Of a stretch of 64,000 nucleotides of DNA, positions 18,027-25,779 are shown one piece after another. The DNA comes from Propionibacteriaceae bacterium (GTDB lineage: Bacteria > Actinomycetota > Actinomycetes > Propionibacteriales > Propionibacteriaceae). How positions within the stretch are numbered: the first letter of the stretch is position 1; every line of letters begins with the position of its first letter. The notes below the pieces were generated by a model. It ran no database searches and was not told the origin of the DNA. It saw only the letters and a list, made by a program, of their open reading frames with translations. The stretch lies in the NCBI GenBank assembly GCA_031265875.1, contig JAISCA010000004.1, positions 6,031 through 70,030 on the forward strand, read 5' to 3'. A program made the position numbers and the translations under genes.

Positions 18027-19109
18027 ATGCGACCACCTGACCGGACGACCCGGTTCCGGCCCAGAGCCCGGCTCGGCGCCCTGATCGGCGCCGGGCTGGC
18101 CGCCCTGGCCCTCGTCTGGTCGGCCGGCCCAGGCTGGCCGGCCGCCGCCGACCCACCCAAGATCACTTGGTCGGTCCAACCCAGTGACGCCCAAGGGCCG
18201 AACGGCCGCTCCTGGGTCGAATTGACCCTCGATCCCGGCCAATCGGCGGTCGAACACATGGCCGTGCGCAACCTCAGCCCGGTCGACGTCAGCTTCCGTC
18301 TGGAGGCCGCCGACGGCTATCTGAACGACCAGGGCCGCTTCGACATGAACCCCTTCGGTCAGCCCTCGACCGGCGCCGGAACTTGGATCGACCTGGCCGC
18401 CGAGGTCCTGGTGCCCTCCGGTGGCGCCGTCGTCGTCCCCTTCACCGTCACGGCGCCGCTCGACGCCAGCCCGGGCGATCACGCCGCCGGCGTCGCCGCC
18501 AGCCTGACCCGGATCGATCCGAGTCAGCCCGACGCGGTCGCGTTGGAGGGCCGAGTCGGCTTCCGGGTCATGTTGCGGGTGACCGGGTCGGCCCGCCCCC
18601 GTTTGACGGTGACGGCCCAAGCCCATTATCGGCCGGCTTGGAACCCCTTCTCCCCCGGCGCCGTCGAGGTCGACTACGACATCGCCAATCAGGGCAACGT
18701 CCGCCTCGGGGCCGACGTCGGGGTCGAGCTGTCCAATCCGTTCCAAGACCCGGCCCTGAGCCGACCCGGCCCGGCCATCGCCGAGACTCTGCCGGGCGAC
18801 CATCGGACCGGGCAGGTCGAATTGAGCCCGGCCTGGCCCTGGTTCCGCCTCCGGGCCACCGTCGTGGTCAGCCCACGACCGGTGGCCGGTCAGCCGGCCA
18901 TCGGTCTCCTGGAGCCGGTCCTAGCCGAGATCGTGGTCTGGGCCGTCCCTTGGAGCCAATTGGTCGCCTTGGGCCTGGCCGGTTCGCTGATCTGGGCCTG
19001 GGTCCGACAGCGCCGTCGACGTCGCCTCCAGTTAGCTCAGCTCCTAGCCCAGGCCCGGGCGGACGGCCGGCGGGAGGCGGCCGAGGACGGAGCCGCCACC
19101 GTGGACTGA
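18027..19109 (+). CDS. DUF916-like cell-surface protein with C-terminal membrane anchor
   Basis: 360 aa. Signal/TM region, then ITWSVQPSDAQGPNGRSWVELTLDPGQSAVEHMAVRNLSPVDVSF, which fits the DUF916 pattern. C-terminal TM followed by RQRRRRR. AGGAGG SD. Confidence 0.6.
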   Translation: MRPPDRTTRFRPRARLGALIGAGLAALALVWSAGPGWPAAADPPKITWSVQPSDAQGPNGRSWVELTLDPGQSAVEHMAVRNLSPVDVSFRLEAADGYLNDQGRFDMNPFGQPSTGAGTWIDLAAEVLVPSGGAVVVPFTVTAPLDASPGDHAAGVAASLTRIDPSQPDAVALEGRVGFRVMLRVTGSARPRLTVTAQAHYRPAWNPFSPGAVEVDYDIANQGNVRLGADVGVELSNPFQDPALSRPGPAIAETLPGDHRTGQVELSPAWPWFRLRATVVVSPRPVAGQPAIGLLEPVLAEIVVWAVPWSQLVALGLAGSLIWAWVRQRRRRRLQLAQLLAQARADGRREAAEDGAATVD

Positions 19110-19119
19110 TCCGCCGCCG

Positions 19120-19158
19120 CCCCGCCCGACCACCACCGCTCGGTTCGGCCGGGCGGGG
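19120..19158. terminator. GC-rich hairpin between convergent genes
   Basis: CCCCGCCCG-N21-CGGGCGGGG (9-bp stem) lies between stop 19109 (+) and stop 19198 (-). Confidence 0.4.
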
Positions 19159-19197
19159 CTCAGCGGGCGCGGCCTAGTCGGGCGGGCGCGGCTGAGC

Positions 19198-20265
19198 TCA
19201 GCGGGTCTTGAAGTAACGGAAGAGGTGCTTCTCCCGGGTCAGCCCGGCCGCGACCAGACCGCCGGCCCAGGCTCCCAGGGCGGCCCAGAGAGGGACGCCG
19301 GCCACCGTCGCCCAGACCGCACTGGGGTCGGGCATGGCCCAGACCCGGATCAGGACCAGGCTGGCCGCTTCGACCACCAGCAGCGCCGGCAGGCCCCAGG
19401 CCCAGGTCTGCAGCGACAAGCTCAGGAGTTGATCGACCCGCCGTTGACCGCAGTGCAGGGCGCTGGCCTGCTCCAGCCGGCGGCGCCGGATCGAGGCGAA
19501 GCCGAGACCGAGACCGACCAGGCCGGCCACTAGAGCGGCCCAGCGGGTCGGACGGTCAGTGAAGAGAGCGTGGGCGTCCAGCTTGGAGCCCAAGCTCTTA
19601 TTGGCCTGGTCGATCATGGGTGGGCGATTCGAGCCCGCGTCCACCAGAGCGACCGCCCGTAGCAAGATGTCATTGTCATCGATCACCGGCCAGGCTCTGA
19701 TCCAGCACTCGTCGTAGAGCTCCAACGGCGTCTCCGGCAGCAGCAGGGCGAAGCTGAGCCGGGCGTCCCGGCCGTCGGAGGGCCAGGCGAAGACGCCGGC
19801 GATCTCGATCACGCCCTGGTCGCTGTCCAAGCGATCGCCGGCCGCTAGGCCCATCGACTCGGCCAGGCCGGAGTCGACCCAGACGCCGGTCTCAAGGGGC
19901 AGGCTCAGACCCAGCACGGGGCCGAAGCCGGCGGTGACCGCGAAGCTGCCCACCGGGGTGTCCGGAGCGGCCGACAGCCGGATGGCCGGCCCGGGCCGGA
20001 TCGCCCCGGCCGCCGCCACCGAGGCGGAGAGGGCCAAGCGGTCGCAGGCCGCGCCGTCGACCGCGCCTTGTGCCAGCGACAGTCTGAGGTTGGCCGCCCC
20101 GGCTTGATAAGCCGCCGCGTCCCGCTGCAGACCGTTGACGATGGACAGGTCGAGCGCCGTCAGCAGACCGGCTGAGCCGATCAGACAGAGGGCCCAGAGC
20201 AGGGCCCGGGCCGCCCCCGAAGTGAGGTCCCGCCAGGCCTCTGAGACGACCGAGCGCAGTCTCAT
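19198..20265 (-). CDS. MacB/FtsX-type ABC transporter permease
   Basis: 355 aa. N-terminal TM, a large extracytoplasmic segment and a C-terminal TM bundle. ATGA overlap with the ATPase gene. Confidence 0.75.
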   Translation of the reverse strand: MRLRSVVSEAWRDLTSGAARALLWALCLIGSAGLLTALDLSIVNGLQRDAAAYQAGAANLRLSLAQGAVDGAACDRLALSASVAAAGAIRPGPAIRLSAAPDTPVGSFAVTAGFGPVLGLSLPLETGVWVDSGLAESMGLAAGDRLDSDQGVIEIAGVFAWPSDGRDARLSFALLLPETPLELYDECWIRAWPVIDDNDILLRAVALVDAGSNRPPMIDQANKSLGSKLDAHALFTDRPTRWAALVAGLVGLGLGFASIRRRRLEQASALHCGQRRVDQLLSLSLQTWAWGLPALLVVEAASLVLIRVWAMPDPSAVWATVAGVPLWAALGAWAGGLVAAGLTREKHLFRYFKTR

Positions 20266-21020
20266 GGCACCGCGCCCAGGTCGATGACCCGGTGGCAGGC
20301 CGCCCGCACCGCTGGGTCGTGGGTCGCGATCACGACCACCGCACCGCTGGCCGCGATCTGTCCCAGGCTGGTCGACACCGTCAGGGCTGTGCGGGCGTCG
20401 AGTTGGGCCGTCGGCTCGTCCACCAGCAGCAGGTCTGGCGCGGCGGCCGTGGCCCGGGCCAGCATCAAGCGCTGGGCCTCGCCGCCGGACAGGGCCGCGA
20501 AGGGCCTCTCAGCCAACTCCGCCAGCCCGAAGCCGGCCATCAAGGCCTCGGCCTCAGCTTCCGCCCGACGGCGGGACAGGCCCCGGGCCAGCAGAGGGAA
20601 GGCGACATGGTCCAGGGCGGTGCGCCGGGCCACGCCGTGCGGGTTCTGGAAGACCCAACCGATCCGCTCCACGCCGACCCGTTCGACCCGGCCCTGACAA
20701 GGCTTCTCCCAGCCGGCCAACAACCACAGCAGGGTCGATTTGCCGCAGCCGGAGGGTCCGCAGACCCCGGTGATCAGGCCCGGCTCCAGTTCGAAATCCA
20801 AGCCCCGGAACAGCCAGTCGGTGCCGGTGAAGCGGTGCCCCAGGTCGACGCCCCGGACCGACTGCGATCCTGCGGTGAACGGCCCGCTTGGGCCGAGGGG
20901 CGCCCGTACGACCGGAGGCGACCCAGGCGGGAACTCTTTGACCCCGCCCGCAGACGATAAGGCCGTGGTCCAAGACGGCGCCGGGCTTGGCGGCGGCCCG
21001 GCCAGGGGCGACCCGGTCAT
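20262..21020 (-). CDS. ABC transporter ATP-binding protein (MacB-type)
   Basis: Walker A GPSGCGKST, signature LSGGEAQR, Walker B LLLVDEPT. Start set at ATG 21020, which forms an ATGA overlap with the adaptor gene stop; the track ORF extends to 21206. Confidence 0.85.
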   Translation of the reverse strand: MTGSPLAGPPPSPAPSWTTALSSAGGVKEFPPGSPPVVRAPLGPSGPFTAGSQSVRGVDLGHRFTGTDWLFRGLDFELEPGLITGVCGPSGCGKSTLLWLLAGWEKPCQGRVERVGVERIGWVFQNPHGVARRTALDHVAFPLLARGLSRRRAEAEAEALMAGFGLAELAERPFAALSGGEAQRLMLARATAAAPDLLLVDEPTAQLDARTALTVSTSLGQIAASGAVVVIATHDPAVRAACHRVIDLGAVP

Positions 21021-22078
21021 GGCCGAGGACATTCGGTCAGGCTGAGGCCGGCTCCCACCGCCACCTCGCTCAATGGTTCGCTCGCCTCCACCAGGCTGGC
21101 CCCCATGCCCGAACCCAAGATTCGGACCGGCACCGCCCGACCGGCCACCTCGACGCAGCCCAGCCGGCCTTCGATCCCGAACAGGGCCGTCGGCGGCACT
21201 CGCCAAGCCTCGATCCCGCTGACCAAGCGAATCGAGCCCGAGGCCTCCAGCGGGCCACCCTGCTGAAGCATCAGGTCACGGAATTGGACCTGGGCCGCCA
21301 GCGCGGCCAAGAACTGGGGGTCGGTCACCGGGTCCAGACCGATGACGCTGGTCTCCTGGCCGAACAAGGTCAAGATCCGTTCGCCCTCCACCAACTCGCC
21401 ACCGCCGGGCAAGCTCAGGTTCAGCTGAGTCGGAGCCCCGTTGACCTGCCCCACCACTCCGTCCATCGGCACTGGCCCGCCCAGGGTGACCGACCACTCA
21501 GCCACGGCGGTCTCCACCGCCGGCAGCCACATCACCCGCTCCAGGCTCAGCTCGGCCAGTCGCTCCGGCAGGCCAGCCCGCAGCTGCGCCTCCAGCCAAG
21601 CCGCCCGGGTGGCCTGAGTGAAACTGTCACTCGTCCCATCAGCCAGCAGCCCCAGCCGGTTCAACTCTTGGTTCAACGCCGCCACGTCGGCCCCGCGCAC
21701 GCCCAGGGCCAGATTGCGATAGAGCGGCACCCCGGTGTGCAAAGCCAAGACCGGCCGCCCCTCCACCCACAGGGCCACCGTGCCCGAGGTCAGTTGGCCC
21801 GGCCCAGTCAAGCTGGTCGCGGTCACCACCCCACGGGCCCCGGTGATCAGAGGAGTCCGCCCGGCCACCTCGAAGGCCACCCGCACCGTCCGCTCATCGT
21901 TGAAAGACTGGCTCGACACCGCCGCGCTGATCGGCCGCTCCCCGGCCGCCAGATCGGACGGGGCCGGCGGCGGCACCAGCCACAACCCCACCCCCAGACC
22001 GACGGCCAGGGCGCAGACCAGCCCCAAAACCACGAACGACCCCGCCCAGGGCCGTCGTGAACCTTTACCAGTCACCAT
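21017..22078 (-). CDS. membrane-anchored periplasmic-adaptor (HlyD/MacA-like) protein with a peptidoglycan-binding-like segment
   Basis: 353 aa. N-terminal TM, a lipoyl-like hairpin GVVTATSL...GTVALWVEGRPVLAL, and GVRGADVAALNQELNRLGL, which resembles a PG_binding_1 motif. It lies upstream of the ATPase and FtsX genes. Confidence 0.65.
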   Translation of the reverse strand: MVTGKGSRRPWAGSFVVLGLVCALAVGLGVGLWLVPPPAPSDLAAGERPISAAVSSQSFNDERTVRVAFEVAGRTPLITGARGVVTATSLTGPGQLTSGTVALWVEGRPVLALHTGVPLYRNLALGVRGADVAALNQELNRLGLLADGTSDSFTQATRAAWLEAQLRAGLPERLAELSLERVMWLPAVETAVAEWSVTLGGPVPMDGVVGQVNGAPTQLNLSLPGGGELVEGERILTLFGQETSVIGLDPVTDPQFLAALAAQVQFRDLMLQQGGPLEASGSIRLVSGIEAWRVPPTALFGIEGRLGCVEVAGRAVPVRILGSGMGASLVEASEPLSEVAVGAGLSLTECPRP

Positions 22079-22168
22079 GATCAGACCCTAACGCTTCGTA
22101 AAACTCACAACCAGTGATATCGAGACTCACCAGGCGGACCGCCGACCCCAACGCGGAGTCGACGCCGT

Positions 22169-22741
22169 CTACTCGACCTCCGGCTCAGTCATCTCCGACG
22201 GATCGACGTAATCCGGCACCCGCGCCCGACAGACCGCCCAAGCCAACACATCGACCGGCAACTCTGGAGTTTGATTGAAACCGGTGCAACCCTGCCCTGG
22301 CGCACAGGCCATGTCAACGAACTTGATATACCCCCAAGCGTCCATCACCACCCGCGAACCTTGACCGACCAGACACAATCCGAACTCGAAAGTCGCCGCT
22401 GGAACCGGATGCTCTGACGCGAACTCGGGGACCTCAACCCGACAGTCCCGATTCGCCTCCACCACCACCGGATTCAACAACCGATCATTACAAGCCTCAG
22501 AGGACACACCATCCTCACAGACCCCCCAGCCCACACTGAAAGCGTCCGGATTCCCCTCACTGACAGCCAGCGAATAACCAGTCCCAGCCGTCCGAGCGTT
22601 CACACACTCGACGAAAGCCTCAGCCACCGCCAACCGGCCAGACGGCGACTCCTCACCTACCGGCGCACCCGCGCAACCAACCAGAAAGCCCCCAGCCAGC
22701 AAAACCGCTGGCCACCAACGACCCGAACCCGACCCGCCCAT
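22169..22741 (-). CDS. Cys-rich lipoprotein, no family recognised
   Basis: Lipobox FLVGCAG. Many Cys residues in the mature part. GGGAGGG SD. ATG 22741 overlaps the upstream stop as TGATG. Low-G+C codon usage. Confidence 0.7.
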   Translation of the reverse strand: MGGSGSGRWWPAVLLAGGFLVGCAGAPVGEESPSGRLAVAEAFVECVNARTAGTGYSLAVSEGNPDAFSVGWGVCEDGVSSEACNDRLLNPVVVEANRDCRVEVPEFASEHPVPAATFEFGLCLVGQGSRVVMDAWGYIKFVDMACAPGQGCTGFNQTPELPVDVLAWAVCRARVPDYVDPSEMTEPEVE

Positions 22742-23385
22742 CAATCACCCTCCCACCAATAATTAAATCCCCCAGCTAGAAAACAATCATTCGCGATGAT
22801 ATCAGTCCCCGGATCGACCGGGAGATCCGAATCATCGGACGGTTCGAAGAAATCCCGCTCAAAATCCTCTACCCCATAAGACGACGGCACCAACCCCGCC
22901 TTGACCAGACACCGCACGATCACCTCACGATTATCCGCCAACAAATCAGGATTATTCTGCTGCACACCGAACAGAGATTCAATCCGAATGAGAACACCTT
23001 CCGAACAAATCAAGCTCTGCTCCCATGCCGCTCCTGGCGAAGGTTCCCCGATAATCGGATCAGTAAGATAGAGCCCGTTGCTCCGCTTGGTGTAGGTCAA
23101 CTCATAACCAGCGTCCCGCATACAACGGGCCTCCCTCAGATGGGCCTCCTCATAGTCCGCCGGATCGATCCGCCCCGTCGCTGCCGCCCGCGTGAGCACA
23201 TCCCGCTCAAAATCAGACAAATCAGGCCGCTCCAACGCACGCTGGAACAAGGTCACCAAACTATCCGCCAGCCTAGCCCCCGGCGTCACCGTCGGCACCG
23301 CCGGGCCATCTCCATCAGGCGTCCCAGAACACGCGCCCAAGACAAGGACCAACGCCACTAAGATAAACGACCTAATCCAGCCCAT
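22741..23385 (-). CDS. lipoprotein, paralogue of 24068-24709, no family recognised
   Basis: Start MGWIRSFILVALVLVLGACSG at ATG 23385, so the track ORF is trimmed. It shares the block GRIDPADYEEAHLR and three C-[LMF]-x-x-x-G motifs with its paralogue. Confidence 0.7.
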   Translation of the reverse strand: MGWIRSFILVALVLVLGACSGTPDGDGPAVPTVTPGARLADSLVTLFQRALERPDLSDFERDVLTRAAATGRIDPADYEEAHLREARCMRDAGYELTYTKRSNGLYLTDPIIGEPSPGAAWEQSLICSEGVLIRIESLFGVQQNNPDLLADNREVIVRCLVKAGLVPSSYGVEDFERDFFEPSDDSDLPVDPGTDIIANDCFLAGGFNYWWEGD

Positions 23386-23465
23386 TGCACCAACCCCATT
23401 TGACTCGAGACCCGGGCTGGGTTCAGGCGTGAACCACATCACGCCTGAACCCAGCTTGCGAACTT

Positions 23466-23783
23466 CTACCTGAAGCTACAGCTTCCCCCGACTGCGGCGT
23501 TGGTGGTACCATTCATCTGAGCGGAAGTTACCGTATTGCCGCCGTAGAGCCAACTGGACCAACTCTGCGAAGAACCCGCCACAGCGTAAGCCCTTGACTC
23601 GTAACCGTAATTCGGATAACACCGCGTCGTTTGCTTAGTGTAGTTACCAGCAGTCGAACGCTCGGTGATGAAGGTCGCATTGCCGCTCGGGTCGTACTCG
23701 CCAGCATAGGCGACCCCCACCGAACCACCGACCAAGGCCACAGCACACCCCGCTGCGATCACAAATTTCCTCATTAAGCTCAT
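23466..23783 (-). CDS. small secreted protein (78-aa mature, two Cys), no family recognised
   Basis: AAGGAGG SD. Signal peptide MSLMRKFVIAAGCAVALVGGSVGVAYA|GEYDP. The mature part is rich in G/S/T/Y/N. The third codon is TTA. 35/60 G+C in the line starting at 23641. Confidence 0.75.
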   Translation of the reverse strand: MSLMRKFVIAAGCAVALVGGSVGVAYAGEYDPSGNATFITERSTAGNYTKQTTRCYPNYGYESRAYAVAGSSQSWSSWLYGGNTVTSAQMNGTTNAAVGGSCSFR

Positions 23784-23896
23784 ATTTCCTCCTTTGGAAG
23801 TAGCGAGCCGACAAGGTCAAGCGGATACAGCACTCGAATGAACAATCCAGCTACTGCTGAAACTGTAGATCGGAGCCACTCGTCCCGCTTGACTTG

Positions 23897-23926
23897 ACGC
23901 TAACTCAGCTCCACCCCACCTGTCAA
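23897..23926 (-). promoter_or_regulatory. candidate sigma70-type promoter for the small secreted protein gene
   Basis: The minus strand reads TTGACA-N18-TAGCGT, with the -35 at 23926-23921 and the -10 at 23902-23897. Confidence 0.3.
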
Positions 23927-24067
23927 CGGTTTCGACCCATCCAAAGTGATAACGAATCGTGACCGCAGAACATGACTCTACGACTCAACGTAACCGGCGA
24001 CTCTGGGACGCTCTTGTTCTCGTTCGAGATGTAGCTGGCACCAGGCCCGACTGGCCCCATCGTCACT

Positions 24068-24709
24068 TCAGGGCGAGAAGACGTACCCGGCCCCGCGCAA
24101 GCATTGTCTGACCTCTGGATCTCTCACATCGAAGGGCGCGTTGGCGAAGGGCGACTGGCCCGGCTCGGCGGCGGCGTCACGCTTGAAATCATCCGCGCTG
24201 TACGAATCCGGCGCCAGACCAGTCTCGCGCAAACAGCGAGCCGTCTTCACCGGACTGTCCAATAGAAGATCGGGGTGGCTCAGCTGATATACGAACATAG
24301 TTTCAATACGGTATAAGAAACTCCTGTAACAGGCCCCTGAGACGGCTCTGAACTCATCCGTCAGTTCCGGCATGACCCACTCGGCCATCACATACAGGCC
24401 GTCGGAGCTTTGCGAATAGATCGCCTCGAAACCGGCCGCCCTTAGACAGCGGTCGAAGCGCAGGTGGGCCTCCTCGTAATCCGCTGGGTCGATCCGGCCC
24501 GCCGCCGCCGCACGGGTGAAGACCTCGATCGCAAAATCCGACAGGGCGCCGCTGTCCAATTCCCGTTGGAACAGCGCCACCAGACCATCCGTCGTTCTGA
24601 CCCCCGGCGTGGCCGTCAGCTCCGCCAGGTCGGCCGTGCTCGGCGTTCCGGAGCAGGCGCCCAAGGCCAGGGCCAAGGCGGCCAGCAGGCCGAACTTGAA
24701 CCACCTCAT
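24068..24709 (-). CDS. lipoprotein, paralogue of 22741-23385, no family recognised
   Basis: 213 aa. Lipobox ALALGACSG. Block GRIDPADYEEAHLR. Motifs CLRAAGF, CLRETGL and CLRGAGY. Confidence 0.7.
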   Translation of the reverse strand: MRWFKFGLLAALALALGACSGTPSTADLAELTATPGVRTTDGLVALFQRELDSGALSDFAIEVFTRAAAAGRIDPADYEEAHLRFDRCLRAAGFEAIYSQSSDGLYVMAEWVMPELTDEFRAVSGACYRSFLYRIETMFVYQLSHPDLLLDSPVKTARCLRETGLAPDSYSADDFKRDAAAEPGQSPFANAPFDVRDPEVRQCLRGAGYVFSP

Positions 24710-24855
24710 CTAGCGCCCCTTCACCAGGACTCGCACCGGGACCACGCTGGCCTGGCCGATTCCTCGACCCTAACTAGGCCTCGAATCCTCTGTCAACGAC
24801 CGGGCTGAGTCCCTTCATCACGCAACCGACGTGGACGCGGCTCTAAAACCCGGCC

Positions 24856-25779
24856 TCAGCCCTTGACCGAGCCGGACATCAGGCCGCCCACGAAATACTT
24901 GCCCAGCAGGATGTAGACCAGCAGGGTGGGCAGGGAGGCCATGATGGCGCCGGCCATCGAGGCGCCGTAATCCTGCAGCATCGAGCCGCCGGCCATCGAG
25001 TACAAAGCCAAGGTGACCGGGCCGTTGTTGCCGGAGGAGAAGAACAGGGCGAACAGGAAATCGTTCCAGGCCGAGGTGAACTGCCAGATCAGCACCACCA
25101 CGAAGCTCGGCACCGACAACGGCAGGACGACCCGGGCGTAGGTGCTGAGCATGCCGGCCCCGTCCACCCGGGCGGACTCGATCAACTCGTGCGGCACCGA
25201 CTCGTAATAGTTACGGAAGATCAAGGTCGTGATCGGGATGCCGTAGACGACGTGGAGGAAGATCAGCGAAGGCGTCCCGGCCGGCAGACCGAGGCCGTGG
25301 ACGATCTGATACAGCGGCACCATGACCGACTGATAGGGGATGAACATGCCGAACAGGATCAAGGTGAAGACGACGTTGGCGTAGGGGAAGCGCCAGCGCG
25401 ACAGCACGAAGCCGTTCATCGAGCCCAGAAAACTGGAGATGATGGCGGCCGGCACCACCATGCCGACCGTGCGGCCCAGGGCCGGGCCGATGGCGGGCAG
25501 GCCCTTGTAGCCCATCCAAGCCGCTTTCCAGTTCTCCAAGCTCCAGTTCTCGGGCAGGTACCAGGCCTGCGAGGCGGTGGCGCCCTCCTTGAAAGAGGTG
25601 ATGACCAGGACGTAGACCGGGATCAAGACCACGACAAGGAAGAAGAGGAGCAAGAGGTACCGCACCAGGCGGCCCCAGTTGAAGCCCTTACCCTTGTGGC
25701 GGACGGCGGGCGCGGGATCGTACAAAGTCTTGGACTCGGCGGGCAGGGCGGCCTTAGACAAAGTGGCGGACTGGGACAT
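24856..25779 (-). CDS. ABC sugar transporter permease (MalG-like)
   Basis: Starts MSQSATLSKAALPAE at ATG 25779, so the track ORF is trimmed. EAA loop is IESARVDGAGMLSTYARVVLPLSVP. Confidence 0.88.
   Translation of the reverse strand: MSQSATLSKAALPAESKTLYDPAPAVRHKGKGFNWGRLVRYLLLLFFLVVVLIPVYVLVITSFKEGATASQAWYLPENWSLENWKAAWMGYKGLPAIGPALGRTVGMVVPAAIISSFLGSMNGFVLSRWRFPYANVVFTLILFGMFIPYQSVMVPLYQIVHGLGLPAGTPSLIFLHVVYGIPITTLIFRNYYESVPHELIESARVDGAGMLSTYARVVLPLSVPSFVVVLIWQFTSAWNDFLFALFFSSGNNGPVTLALYSMAGGSMLQDYGASMAGAIMASLPTLLVYILLGKYFVGGLMSGSVKG

Noticed and set aside
23466-23783. Assignment of the small secreted protein to the lactococcin 972 bacteriocin family
   Set aside because: Context suggested this family (a small secreted protein next to an ABC exporter). 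However, the mature sequence lacks the GG-W-Y-G ... H ... H-type pattern I recall for that family. I left it as unassigned.
22080-24850. Calling the low-G+C islet a mobile element, prophage remnant or integrative element
   Set aside because: No integrase, transposase, recombinase, tRNA target or flanking direct or inverted repeats are visible. Only the compositional anomaly supports horizontal origin.
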